Source: Bigelowiella natans CCMP2755 (taxonomy: Eukaryota > Protista > Cercozoa). From it: DNA of 64,000 bases. Positions 27,720 to 42,292 of the stretch are shown in pieces (within the stretch, counting starts at the first letter, position 1; every line of letters starts with the position of its first letter). Both the position numbers and the translations under genes were made by a program. The notes under the pieces are model-generated. The model had not been told where the DNA came from. It ran no database searches and worked only from the letters and a program-made list of their open reading frames with translations. The stretch is taken from NCBI GenBank assembly GCA_000320545.1, contig ADNK01001817.1, forward strand, positions 1 to 64,000. Direction: 5' to 3'.

Positions 27720-28551
27720 AGCTAGGATGCATGCAACGTTGTATGAACTGGTAAAATGATAGGTCCTCCTAAGATGGTCTTTTGCATGCTAATTACATGC
27801 GCACATCCTTACAGCTGTGTTAAACAGCATGTCTACATGTTTAGATATGTCGAGACATGGCTTAGCTTGCAACACAAACAATTGTCAAGCTGCGCGCTCT
27901 AAATGCTACGATTGAACCGCCATATTGCAAAACATGGATAAGCATGCTAGAATGACTTACACAGGCGCATGCGTGCTAACAGGCAACTCGGTCAACTCTA
28001 GAAAATGCTACGTACATTCATTGTTTTAGCTTAGGCAAGTTCGATCTAATATTTTTGAGCTACCTGCGCCCTGCTAGCCTGCTAGCCTGCTTGCATCTGC
28101 ATGTGATGGCGTTGCTAGATTGATGTGTCATGCTCTAAGCTATGTTGTTAGCAGTTTGTGACAAGTTACCAGCTGGCGACGTGCAATAGTATTTTTTATG
28201 ATGACTTTTTTGCTAGTGCATGTGCCTAACGCAAAGTAGCAGAGTTGGAAGCCCTGTGCATACATCGTAATGCAGTCGCATGTACAAACATGTACTTAGA
28301 CATGGTAGCAACAGGGCTAGATAGCCAAGAGGGTATGTACGTAGCCACGCCATGGAAACACAATTTTGCACACCGCCAGCTGTATGCTATGCATATGCAT
28401 ATTTATGCTTGTATTTTTTTGTGATAGGTCCCGATGATGATCAAGAGAGCTTGGTGAAGGGAAGCGGCCAGGTCGTAGAATACAGCATATAGCATAAAAT
28501 ACAGAGCTAAAAGGTTCTCATATGGTGAAACTGTCCTTGCGTTTACTCGAA

Positions 28552-31500
28552 CTACCTAGCTAACCACTTTCTAAGCATCGTAAGCATTCTCGGGCTAGGT
28601 TTCTTACGGCGTACTAACTGCTGCTCGAGCCGGCGTAAGATAACGTTTGCGTCTTCTTCTTTTTCGTTAACTTTTTTGCCATTCCCGGATGTTGAGATCT
28701 CCCACCACTGCATCGTTCTCCCTCTTCCACAGTAGCATTTACAGCGATACTCGTCTATGGCTTCAAGAGAGGGACGGCAAATGAGATCTCCTCCCACCCC
28801 CCCTCCACTTCCGTTGCTCTTTTCATTGTTTCTTTCCCTCCGTTTACTGTTTTCTTTGCTATCACTCTCGTCTTGATTTCCATCTCCTAGGTGAGTGAGG
28901 AGGTCCAATACGGTCTTTCTGCGCAGTTCCTTACTACCGAGGAGAGAGGACAGCAGCATCACCGCGCCACTCTCAGATGTTCTGCGAGTAGCACCAAATA
29001 GCCTATGTGCGATGTGATGCAATGCAATTTGATACATATATGGCGATGACGAAAAGTTTTCATGCGTCAATGCCACGACGTATCGAGCCAAGACCGCACG
29101 GTGGGTGTCAGGGGGGTCTAGATAGCTGCGGATCTGCAGAGGAGGAACAGATTCGAGACGGAGGAGAACAGCGGGCTCAAGTCGTCGCCAGAATGCTCGC
29201 CTGTACTCGCTCGCTGCATAGTGTGCCTCGTCATCTCCAGCAGCGATAAAGAGCATGAGTATGCGCTCCAATGGACAGCTGTTGACCCCATCATAGGCAA
29301 ATGCATCCAGTAGCTCAGAGTATAATGGGAAGAATGGGCCGAACTGTGGGTGTAGGAACCCCAGCATCGTCTTCGCTATTGAGGACGAATGACTTTCATA
29401 ATGATTGGTGACGATGCCAGTAAGCGCAGCATCTACTCCAATCTCGAGCCGCTCTCTAACCTCTGGCGCGCTCCAGATGTCGCTGCTCAGTAGGAAAAAC
29501 TGCATTATCGCTCGTAGAGCACTCTGACCGGCACGTGGCGTGGCCGCTAGTGGCAGCACTGTAAATGTATCTTCTGTGATTTCTTTGGCGGTACTATTGG
29601 TTTTTAGCTGTGATGATTGCTGCTGCTTCCGCGTCGGGTGTGGATTTAGACATGTACTTAGCAGCAGATCGAGCATGTCAGCTACGAATTGGCGTGCAAG
29701 AGGTGGATCTTCGGACGCAGCGAGGGGGATGCCTAGAGAGGACGGAAAGAGAGAGAGGGAAAGAGAGAGAGAGAGAGAGGGAGAGGAAAGGAGAGACAAG
29801 GAAAATCAACGAACACGGACACACAGAAAAATACACAAAAACGAATGACAACGAAAAAATTAGAAGCAAAAGACTATAAGAAGAATTAATAATTTAACAA
29901 TCAGACAATGGTATACATAAAACATAAACAAGGATCGCTGCAAGTTACATGCGTGCCAAACTCGTAGGAATGAGAGAATACTATACAAGAGTCGTTTTGC
30001 AACACACAATTCATTCCTGGTGTTCAGTCCCGTTAGAATTCTCAAGATTTTATAGTTTAAATCAACCTCTTTGAATAGCCGCAAGGATCCACCCATATCC
30101 GGGAATGGCCGTAGATACCCATGAAGGAGCGGCTGCGTAGAGAACGAGAGAGGACTGTCCACCTCCTTTTGCTCCCACAGTTCGTGATAAGGATAATGAT
30201 GATGCATTGCCATTCGCAGTTTTCGTCGTTGTTGGATTATGTTTCACTTTCAATAAATCTATATCAGGCAGTGTCCGAAGCTCCAGAAGATTGTCGCACA
30301 GGCTACTCAATCGTGCCCTCCAGGCCAAACTTTCGGCCAGCAGCTTGTTAGTTATAGAAGCTGTTGTGTTGGTATCTCGAATGGCAGAGGAGTCGAGGAG
30401 GCTCCTGCCTTCCCACAGCTGAAGCTTTGCTAGAGCTAATGATATCGTCCACTTTGCTTTTGCATGCAATCGCTGCACCAACAGTACCCTCACAGAGCGG
30501 CTCGCCGCAGCGCACATCATCATTGTGTCGTCGTCAGCGTGACCGACTTCAACTTTCTCAATGTTTTTGATATTTTTCCCTCTCGTATCAGCACCAGAAT
30601 TGGCATAAGCTTTATCCTTTTTCTTCGCGCTACTACTCCTTCCCATCCCGTGATCTACTACACAGTAGAGGAGTTCTAATAGTCCGTGGGCTAAAAGGGC
30701 GCCCAACCGTCCCATCCACTCCAAGGGTGGTGGGTGCTCGCCCCAAAGAGATGAAGACGGCAAAGATGACGACGATGAGACCGACGAGGAAGGGGTTGTA
30801 ATTAATGAGAGGAGCGCCTTTATGTCTCCGAGAAGTCTCTGGCCAGATGGAACGGATGAGAAAAGTGAGCTCGATGGTAAAGCTACTAATCCCTCTTCGG
30901 AGCTCAACCTTTCAGTGACAGCGCGCCATCGCAACTGAAGGGCACGTATGTAGCGAACGAGTCCTAGCAGCAGGTCGAGAGCAATAGGAAGGCTCAAAAA
31001 CATAGATGATGATGATGATGATGATGATGATCTCTCTGTCTTCTTCGGCCTTCTCTTCTTCATTTCGCCGTTCATTGACATGGACGGTAAAGAGGAGGAG
31101 GAGGAGGAGGAGGAGGAGGAGGAGGAGGATGATGAGACATTGTGACTATCTTGATTATCCACATATGTCTTTCGGATGGTAGATCGGTCATTTGGAGCGA
31201 ATGGAAAGTTCGGCAACGCGAATACTGACTCATCGGCGAAGCTCTCATGGTCTTGCTCGGTTCGTGCTCTTTTCTCATTCCCGTCCCTTCCTTCTCCATC
31301 TCCCTCAATATCTTCTTCATTGTGACAACCGTTATTGTCGCTGTGTCGTCGTTTGAGCGTGTCGAACGCCACCTTGAGCAGCGAAGGTAACGATGATGAT
31401 GATGATGATGATGATGATGACGATGACGATGAGGGTGATGCCGATATTATGGCTCGCAGCTGTCGCTGGATTACCTTTCTCTCCGCCGCTCCCTCTGATG

Positions 31501-34500
31501 ATAACCATGACGATGATGATGCTTCTGCAGCATTTGGCGACGTGGCTGATTTGCTGTGTTTGACGACCAAGGTCTCTGCGCGTGCTTCCCCACATTCAGC
31601 TAGGAAGTGAAGCACTCCGGCAGCGATCACGGCATGATTGTTGAGTAATTCTTGTTCGTCCCTACTACTGCATTTATCGCCGTACTGCTGCTTTTGCTGG
31701 AGAATACCACCACGAATGATTGCAGCATTGGCTTGTTGAAGAAACTTCCCAAGGTGTGACCAGCGCAATGGCGATGAAGATGATGATGCAGATGTGGAAC
31801 TTCTTCTTCGAAGGAGACGTGCACCTGCGCTCAAGAGATTCAACGCAGCGCGGGCGGCAAGAGAAATGTTCCGAGTTGCTGATTCTGATAATATGGACTG
31901 TTTATTGTCCTTCCCTACCGCTCCATTCGTGTTATCCACCTCCGTTGTGAACAACCTTTTGCTGGTAGCGAGAGAGATGCCATCGCCAAGAATCTTGACC
32001 TAATGATGGGTATTTGACGATGATGCGATTAGTATCAGAATGTCAACGATAAGAGAAGGAGAAAAGGGAGATATGGATATACAAAAACGATTTCGATAGG
32101 GTGTTAATTGATGCATTACAAGCTGCTTCGAAAAACTGAGAATAGCTCCGGTGTCCAGGCCAAAAATCACCGAGATTTCCCATAAACGCCAAGCCTCCAG
32201 CGCTGGGGCGTGGTACTGTTCTACCCCCTTGGAAGAAGAAGCCTGCAGCGCAATGAAGCCCTTCGAAGAATTTGCGATATTTTCGGTGCTCAAGATTTTT
32301 GTGGCACAAGCTGGAGATGCCTGGGCAAGGGCACCCAGCACCTTCAGGGCTAGGGCAGATAACTTGGAATGGGAGGTTGTGGGCGACGCGTAAAGTGAGA
32401 GGCACTTCAGCAAACGTGGAGTCGATATTACCATTCTCTGCAATAGCCGATTAGCCAAGAAAAGCAAACACAATGAGGGAGGGAAAAAGGAGGGAGCGAG
32501 GGAGCGGGAGGATTATCACCATGAACAACATAATTGGAAATTGATCGCCGAAGTAGGAATGAAAAACTATAGGTATGTTTTGTGCATCATCATGTGTGAA
32601 GCATTAGTGCAAGGCGAAGAAGACAATAGCTAGCAATTAGAAGCATTGCAGATTTAGAGGAGGATAGATCTGCTGTGTGCAATTCCCCTACTTTACTCGA
32701 CAAAAGAATTTTTCGCTCTTCGATTATTTGTACATACTATTGCAACTGATACTGCTACGATTAGGATAACAACAACAACTACCGCCTACTTCACCGCAAC
32801 GACAACATTATGAAGCCAGACAATATTAATGATAAACCCGACCTTTCGCAGAAAAAGTGAGTGAAGAGAAATGCGATGTAGAATTCTGAGCGCAGGTGAA
32901 GCCAAGTCGATGATAGTTGATGACGAGGAAGAGGAGGAGGTGGAATCGCTGGCTATTAGTTTGCCTCTCGTTTTCTCCTTTTTCTCCACTTGTTCTTCGT
33001 GTTTTATCTCTTCGTCTTTCTCCCTCCTAACGAGGAGCGGGAAGGCAAGTACTTCTAAGATGTAGCGGAGGCGTTCCAGTAACGACATGCGGCTCACGAG
33101 AGCAAGAACCAGGTCCTATAGGAGGAGAAAAGAGGCAAAGCTCAGGGCAGTGGGATTGTCATTCAACAATTGCTATTATTCCAATATAAATCGAAAGCAG
33201 TCTCCTTCTCCCCCCCCCCCCCCCCCCCCTCCACTCCTCCTCTTGGTATGGGCTATTATTATTATCGCTTATCATACCTTACGACACGCTTTGAGATCCT
33301 TCTCACCTTTGGGCAGCTGCTGCATTTCTCCGCCTTCCACGTCGTCATCATCATCATCTTCATCAAGATCGCAAAAATTCTCGTCATCAACATCTAAAGT
33401 GGCACGACTTGCAATACGAGTGCTGCGGGTTGCTCCTCCTCCTCCTCCTTTTATGGGTTTCTGGCGTTTCTGTCCTTCCGTCGCCTCATTCCGTCGTGGA
33501 GCAAGAGAGAAAGATAGGTATCCTCCGAATAAACCTCGAACTTGATCGTAGAGAGAGACAGCAAAAATAATGAAACCACGAAGTACGCATGGACAGCAAA
33601 GGTAGTGATTAGGAAAGGACCAAAGGAAGATGTGATACTGCTACATCATGATGATAACGATGACGATGACGATGAAATGATGATTATACTTCTGAGATAC
33701 CGACACACGTAGCGGTTCCCTACACCCATCTTTCCACCCGCTCTCTCTTCTTCTTCTCCTTACTCCCACTCTTCCTCTCACCCTCGTCTCGGCTTGCCTG
33801 CCCCCCTGGCTCAGCAAGAAGCGCTTCGAGACATCTCAGGGCAAGCAGGAGGTTAGGCATGTGCACGTTTTCATCGAGTGCGAGACGTAACACCGTCGGC
33901 AACCCCAGGTCGAAAAGCTTCGAGATGACATTGCGAGAGAAAGGTTTTTTTCCATCGCGAGGATCGTAGAATTTACCACGCCGTGCACGTGCAAGCACAG
34001 CAGCTAGAACACGAAGTGCCATACCCCGCTGAGGGGAAGAGGAAGAGCGGAGGAGGATTATCAACTCGAGCAACGAGTACCTTTTTTATTCAAAGGAAGA
34101 CAGAAAGTAGTACCATAAGAATGTACTGCAGTGATAAGGTGGGAAGATATTCTTTCCGCCCTCTCGTTCCACTCATACTACTAATCTCCCCCCCTTTTTT
34201 GTACCCACCCTGGTAACTCTGGGTGGTCTCCGTGGTGGTACAGCCCCGAGTACGATGGGGGGAGAGACGATGCTGATGCTTTTGCAGCTTGATTACTGGA
34301 TGATTGCGGTTGCTGTTGATCGCTGTGTCCGACCGCACCTACTACTACTACTTTACCCTCAAAATCAACTCGGAATGCAGACCAATCTACCATTTGATGA
34401 TGATGCTTTAGCTTCTTCTTAGTATCCCCTCGTCTTTTCCCACCGGAAGAAGACAACGAGGGGGGTGTGAGGCCGACAGGTTGGATCCATTCAAGCTTTG

Positions 34501-35684
34501 CCCGTTCCAGGACCGTTATCGCTGAGGAGCGGGAGGAGGAGGAGGAGAAGGAGGGAGAGAGGGACGAAGCCAGACGTTCTGTCCCTTTCCTCTCTTCTAT
34601 CTCCGATGTTCCTTCCTCACTATCCCCCCCGTTTTCTACTTCTCCTCTCCCTTCTCCTTCATTCCCCCCATATTGTTGCTGGTGTTGCTGCTGCTCTATT
34701 GGTAGGTGTTTCTGTGTCCATGGTGCAGATTTCAGGGCCTCGATCGTATCAGCACCGAGAAGCCGTTCGATTTCATCTCTGCGTATCACATAATCAAACA
34801 TCAAGAAGTTAAGAGCAAATTCCCAAGAGGGGGAGGGAAAACCAAAATAATTTATTTACACAACGAAGAATGAGAAAATTGCCGTTTTTGGAGGGCTCGG
34901 CCATTCAAGAATACTGACACTATTTTGAGTTATTCTTATTTGGTAGGAAAATGATTTTGGGTGCCGATTTCGGTGGAATATTCTAGTTCAGCATTGACTT
35001 CAACATCATCTATCTTCGTGTCTTTTATTAGGTGTTACTTAGCCTCCTGAAGTTGCATATCCGTCATGGACAAAATCCTCCTTTCATTCACATCCCCATC
35101 GCGACCCAGATCAAATATATTACTAGTGGTGTGAAATCCCGTTCCTACTCCTTTTTTATTATTTCCTCCTCTTTGTGATGGTATTCTTCCTCCTCCTCCT
35201 CCTCCTCCTCCTCCTCCTTCTCCACCCTGCACAGCCAATGGGTCATAGGCTCCAATATCTTCGTGGCTCATGCTGCTACTACGAAAAGCATTTGACATCT
35301 TCTTTTCACCACTGCTGCCGTCGTTACTGCCAATTCTACCCGGTTCTTTTCCTAAGGCGCGCATCCTCTGCATCTCGAGAGCGAATCTGGACTTCTTCTT
35401 TGCCTTTAGAGCTCTCCCTTGGCGTTCTCCTTCTCCCTGTGTATGATTTGACTCGGCGAGAAAGGCGGAGGGGAAACCCTGTTCGTATCGCACCACCTAA
35501 TATATCAAAGGAATGAATGTACTGTTGCTGCAACTGATACAATGAATGTGAAGATGATGATGATGATGATGATGATAATGCTAGGATTCATTCTCCGTTG
35601 GTGAGGAATAGAGCTATGACTCATAAGTTCATAGTGAGTAAGTTGATATGTCATCTAAAATCCTCTTCTTCATCTTCTGCACTT

Positions 35685-35721
<37 letters not shown>

Positions 35722-36623
35722 ACACACACAGAATACCGGTGGACGGTATGAATCCTCGGAGGCCGAAGTGTTTTCGCGGATGTCACGCAATACTTGCACC
35801 AGCACCTGGGAGAGAAGGAGAGAGGTTGAAGGGAAGACTGGTGTAAGATTGGAGGGAAATGTAAAGAGAGAGAAGATTGAGCAGAAACCAACCCAATGAC
35901 ATATTCACAGTGAGAGAAAACAAAAAATCCTCCTTTCCTCTCCCTGTGCCTCCCCGTGAACCAACGATGTAAAAGTTTATTTTCAAATTTCTTTATGCCA
36001 ACTTCAGAACTTCCTCTCTCTCGTGCTTCCCGTCCTCTTGTTTTCTATTTTCTCACCCTCTCTGGTGCGGTTCTCTCGTCGTATTTATCTAGCCGCTCCA
36101 TCGGATCCTGCTGTCCATTCTTCTTCCCCTCTTTCTCTTGCAGCTTCTTATCTTTCCCCTTGCTCCTTGCTACTATTTCAGGTGGTGGTGGTGGTCTTGG
36201 TGGCAAGCCTCCTAACCGGACAATATCCTTTTGAACCCTCCTCGTTGCTCCTTCTGCGAGCCCCTTTTTGGCTTCGCCACCTCCTCCATTAACCCCCTTC
36301 TTCTGCATCATGAATTCCTTACGAAAGCGGGAAACTGGTCTTCTTTTTTCATTGTTTACGCTACTATCGCTTGCACCCGCCTGTCCCCGACGCACAACTC
36401 GAGCACTAGGTGCCTTCTTCGATTCGAAGAATTGCCGCTGAAGTTCAAGCAGGTGCTCCTCGCTAGTAGTAGTGGTGGATTCGTTGCCGAACAAAAGATG
36501 GGCACGCTCGGATACGACTGACGTGCAGTTGCCTGCTGAACGGGGGATCGGGGCAGCTTTCCCTCCGCCCTTCTGCGTCCGCTCCCCTCCCTCGCGCCGC
36601 CTAGCCCTTTCTCTAATTCGCAT
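28552..36623 (-). CDS. RPAP1: RNA polymerase II-associated protein 1 (RPAP1/Rba50/MINIYO family), multi-exon with low-complexity insertions
   Basis: N-terminal LELQRQFFESKKAPSA; RPAP1_N-like VNERRILSMTDMQLQEAK; RPAP1_C-like FRVDFEG...GLYHHGDHPELPG(Y) and LELIILLRSSSSPQRGMALRVL; LLERLRYILEV. Confidence 0.88.
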
Positions 36624-36754
36624 CCAGTTTTGGCCCCGATCACCGCGACAGTTGTTGCTACGAAAGAATAAATTCTATCGAATAAATATCTAAAATTTAA
36701 TTTACGCTGATCTTGGGATCAAATCTGTGCTTCGGGAGAGAGAATCTAAGCAGA

Positions 36755-36926
36755 AATCAGGAAATCCTAATATATCCAAGGACATCAATCGAAATCCTAA
36801 GAAATTCAGAATGTTTACGGAAATCCTAGTAGCAAATCCTGGGCGCGACAAAATGTGAGAATTGCACAAATGTGAGGAAATCCTAAGGAAATCCTAGGAA
36901 ATCCTAGGAAATCCTGGAAATCCTGA
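36755..36926. repeat. Cluster of ~9 (G)AAATCCT(A) motifs in a divergent promoter
   Basis: gaaatccta/ggaaatcct recurs at ~36762, 36791, 36820 and 36835, then five times in tandem at 36876-36925. Confidence 0.85.
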
Positions 36927-37322
36927 AATACCAATCAAATACCAACATCAAAACGCTAAAAATAGATCGGTCCCTCGGGATTCTTTCGGCATTAATTAAG
37001 GTCAACAATCTAGGCGAAAACCCCCAAAAAAACTACTTTTGCTTAGGCTGTAATTCCACGGAAGTTTTTGTTTTGAAACAGTCATTTCTTGTGTAACGTC
37101 AATATCAATAAGGTTCAGCACTGCGAACAAGAGATCTGCCTTCTCCCCGGCTCGTCCTTGGAGTGTGCTGTAGCTCTGCTCTCCTGCAACAACGGTTGAC
37201 TGGTACGTCACCACGTTGTGTGCAAAGACGACCATTAGCAGGATCGATTGATTTTCTGAAGACACGAAAATAAGAATATCACCAGGAAAGGAAACAACGT
37301 CTTCCACACCTTAGAGTTTGCT

Positions 37323-40300
37323 ATGATTGCCATCTGGACCCTCCTAGCCCAACTTCTATTCTTCCACGTCGGGGCAGTCCAAACGAACATTGAGTATGCC
37401 AAATCTTCAAGCTCTTTCACAAGCTGTGATACAGTCTGTTCTGGCGTGTCAAAGTCGTGCATTGGGCCGGGATCAATGAGCCTTAACTGTGGCGTAACCT
37501 GCACCAGTGGCAACTGCGCATGCAGTGTTGATAACACAAATTATTGGGTTTACGGTGGGGGATACTGCTGGTCAAGCGAATTTGGATACAGCTTCTCATG
37601 CAGTTCTGCACCAAATACGCAGGTCTGTTGCCAGTGCGCCACCGTCTACAATATCGCCCCTACCGCTACCATACCTTCCACGCAAACAATCAGTCAGAAC
37701 ACTTCCTGGACGATCTCGTCTGGTATTTCAGTGGCTGATAGCGATGCTGGCTCCGGCACTCTCACCATCACAATGACGGTAAGCGACTCGGGAACCTTCA
37801 CCGTTGGAAGCAGCGGCAGCGGCGCTACCGTTACTAACGATGGCACCTCTTCCGTAACGATCCAAGGTTCTCTCACACAGCTAAATGCAGCGCTCCCCAA
37901 CTCTGTGGTGCACCCTACGGAGAATTTCGTAGGAAATATGACGGTGGGAATGAGCATCAACGACAATGGCAACTCAGATGGCGCGGCACAGACAGGCTCC
38001 GGCTCCGCAATCGTGATTGTCATAGGTGCTTGATGCATTGATTATGGATTGATTGAATGATGGATTTCCGTGTGAAAATGGCACCCATTTATATTGTATG
38101 TTTAGAATCATGATAATGGAGGAACCCGTGGGAAAGAACCCATTTTCAATCGTATCATCATTTTCTTGTATGTCTAAATCATAGGCAATCCAACCTCTCA
38201 ACCAACTGTCACTCCTTCATCATCGCCAACGAGCAGTCCAACGATGCAACCAACATCAAATCCAACAGCTCAACCGACTGTTGCTCCTTCATCATCTCCG
38301 ACAGCTCAACCGACTGTTGCGCCTTCATTATCGCCAACGAGCAGTCCAACAGCGCACCCAACGTCAACTCAGCCGTCTATCGCTCCTTCATATTCTCCTT
38401 CAATCTCTCCGCTAACCGATACTCCATCGGTTGCCCCCTCCCTCAGTCCTTCTGTCACCCCTCTCACAAACTCGCCGACGTTCACTCTAATGCCGACAAC
38501 AACACCAAGCTCAGCTGTTCCTAGCATGGCGCCTTCAACAAATCCTACATGTTCGCCGAGTTCGTCACCATTGTCGAGCGCGCCATCAACAAGCCCTACA
38601 TCACATCCTTCCGCCTCCCCTAAAACAATAGCACCTGCCACCGTCGGGCCGACTCCAGCGGTTGGTGGTGCTTGTTGCTTGATAGGGGGAGATGGGATGA
38701 AGTTTGAGAATGTCTGTATGTTGTGTGTTGTGTATGTGTGTGTGTGTGTGTGTGTGGTGTTAAGGATAGATTCGTCCTTGTCATGTTAGTATCTTTTCTC
38801 TCTTTTCTCCTTCATTTCTTTCGCTCGACCCAGTTCTTTTTCTCACTCTTGGTATTTACACTTGAACAGGTACTGGTGGACGAGTGCGCCCTTGGGTTGC
38901 ATTCATGTCCCTCTCATTCCACATGTGAGGACCTTCAGACCGGGTACCGATGCGTCTGCAACTCGGGGTTCACAATGCAAGCTGGAGTTTGCGTTGACGT
39001 TAATGAATGCACGATGAACACGCACACCTGCCATGCCGATGCGACTTGTTCCAACACTCAAGGCTCCTACTCTTGCACCTGCAATGACTTCTACGGAGGT
39101 GATGGAAAGCAAACGTGCGTCCGTTGCAACACCTCAGTCGCTACTACCGGGGGATCAGCGTCCTCTTCCTACGTTATTGTCTCGCCCGCGCAGCCTCTCA
39201 CGCTGGAGGCAACGCTTCTGCTGCCATCACCGTGCCTTTCATATAACATTTCCAACACCTCTTTTGTTTGGCAGCTGAAGCGCGACGCGACAGCTACGAT
39301 AGTATTCATTGGGAACGGAGCAAGTGTAAATGTTGGAGCAGATCGACTGCTGCCAGGCGAGGATTATTCTGCTGAGGTTGTTGTTACGCTGGGACCAGAT
39401 ATTAGACAAAGTGCTAGCTCAGCAGCCCTCTATCGCACAACGTCATCGGCACTATTACCTAGAATTGCAGGTGGTACTGCAAGAACGGTTGGTGCCGGAG
39501 TCTCGCTTGCACTTGACGCAAGTATATCGGTAGAATGTCATGAACACAACTCTATTTGTGATTGTGATTGTGGTTGTGTGTGTGTGTGTGTGTGTGATAT
39601 GGGTTGTGGAGATCATACTTCTGCTTCTTGAACATTATAACCATGAATATGTCACTTCATCTTGCTCGTTGCCTCTGCGGTAGCATGCACCATCATATAC
39701 CATATTACATTATACCATATTTCCAACACCAAATCAGGTTGATCCTGATGGGGTGGCGAGCTCGGAGACTTCGATATGGCGATGGAGTTGTGTACGAGCA
39801 CGTCGCCTTGATAACCAGCAAGAGGAACCGTGCGTACTATCAAGCAACTTTCAACTAGATCAGGCTAACCTACAGCTCAAGTAACTAATTTCCCTCTGTT
39901 ATAGCTCGAAATTTTGATTTCTGTTGTTTTTCCAAGATTTCAATGGCTCTCTCCCCCACCCTTCTGTTTACAACCTTAGCACGGCTTATTTGACGGCAGG
40001 AAGAGATTACACGTTTACATGCAATTGGACGGTTGCCTCTATGGGCTACGTGCGCTCAGCGTCCATCGACGCAAACATCACAGTCAGTTACATATATTCT
40101 CTAAACGTCCATTTCATCTATCAGTACATATCATCTTAGATATCTCCTCCCCCCCATCTCCTCTTTAGGTTCTCCAATCTACAGTTCCAACCGTCACACT
40201 CAACAGGGGTGGCACCACAAGAAGTGCAATCGCAAAGGCGCGCGCATCTGATACCCTCCAGATTACTTCGACTGTCGCTGATTCATCTGGTCCTTTCTCC

Positions 40301-41201
40301 TACACGTGGGAGGAGACGCGTCAACATTTGACGCTTGAGAACGAAATCCTTCTCTCTTCTGCATCAGGATCTAACCTCGTCTTGAAACCAAACATTCTAC
40401 TGCCAGGACAAACTTACGATTTTGTGCTGAGAGTGACGCCTCTTGATGGTACCAGTGACAGCGGAAGTGCACGCTTGACTGTGGCGGTGAATGCTCCACC
40501 AATGGGAGGGGCATTGACTGTATCGCCTAGTACAGGCGTCTCTCTGGAAACTGAATTCCTGCTAAACACAACGGGATGGGTGAGTATGTTCAAGTGAATG
40601 AAAGTGATATGGATAATTTTAACGCATCTGCTGCTGCAGTGATCTTAGAATATAGGCTGCTGCCGATAGTCATCCACGAAACCACTCAAAATGATGATGA
40701 AGGCGATGTAAGTACTCATGTGGGTTTCTTCCTCTCTATAACTGCAATATAGATCGATGCTGACATCCCATTGACCTATCGCTTCGCTTTCGTTGATCCA
40801 ATATCGAGCACGAGCGAGTTTCTAACAGGAACACAGGTGGTTTCTTCTAACTTCTTCCTCCAAGGGCATAACACGCACAGAGCACGGGAGGAGAAGCTTT
40901 CACAATCTCAATATGTTTTTTTGTATCTGTGAGTAAGCTCTGTTACATACCCTTATTTCAGGTGTCAAGCGCTAAAACCCTTAACTCGCTTCCACTTGGA
41001 AACCTGACTTTGGAGGCATTTGCCACCGATTTCTACGGCGCTATGAGCAAAGCAGCCACTGCAAACGTCTCAGTGCGTTCGCCAGTCTCTGCGGACAGCG
41101 ATGGAACATGTTTTGCACTCACTGTTACGCAGGAGAGGGTTAGTGACATGATACGCAACTTGTGCTCTTATCCAGCCATTTTAAATAAAGTATTTTGCCG
41201 A

Positions 41202-41237
<36 letters not shown>

Positions 41238-42239
41238 GCGCGCGCAAGTATATTGTATGTATATTATATACCTATAATATATATGCGTGTGTGTATATTT
41301 GTGTTTGTACATATTCACACAATTACGACACAAAGTAACTAAAAACCTAACTTAACTGTCATCGTCTATAGTTGCCATCGCTAGTAAACCTGGGCCAGAC
41401 GGACGATGTTTTCGGATATATTCGAGTGCTCTCTGACGTCATCACTGAGGACACTTCCGCTACGACAACTAGCGACCAATGCTCCTCTTCCTCCTCCACA
41501 TCCTCTAGTAACACTGGAAGTTCTACCAATACAAGCGCTAAACAGGTATTCCTTTGATCAACGAACTCGTTTGTGCTCGCTTTCTCTCTCTCTCTGTCTC
41601 TCTCTCTTTCTCTCTCTCTCTCTTTGATGTTGTTGTTCTATCTTGACATATTTAATGTATTGTTCAAACTGGGGATGAATTATAACATCTTCAAATGCAT
41701 ACAGACTGTTATTGATTCTCTAGCGTCTTCGCTCCTCTCCAACATCAACGTCGATGACAATGGTTAACAATAGAACATTACATATAGCGTAAAAAAAGAC
41801 AGGAACGGGAATAGCTGCCACAGTACCCATCCTTCGGAATCACTACGCCATTCCAGTTGACAACCATAATCACAGTCATCCCCATTATTATCACCTTCAC
41901 TATCACCATCATCATCATTATCATTATTATCATCATCATCATTATTCCTTTACAGACCCACCAACCGCTGCGACTGCCGAAATATCTGCACAGCTACTTC
42001 GCAGGCTTAGCATTCAGAAAACATCGGCGAGCAGCAATGCACAGCAGCAGTCGAATCAAGGCTCCTTTGTCAACACAACTGTCAGCATCGTTGATAGGAT
42101 ATTGAAAGCCATGCCATCCCTGCGTAGCGGGGACACCACGGTGCGTGCGTTCATGCGGGCTTGTGTGCGCTCATATATGACCTTTGCTTGCAGATTGTAT
42201 ATTGCTGCTTGTATCACTCCTTTTTTCTCACAATACTCT

Positions 42240-42292
<53 letters not shown>

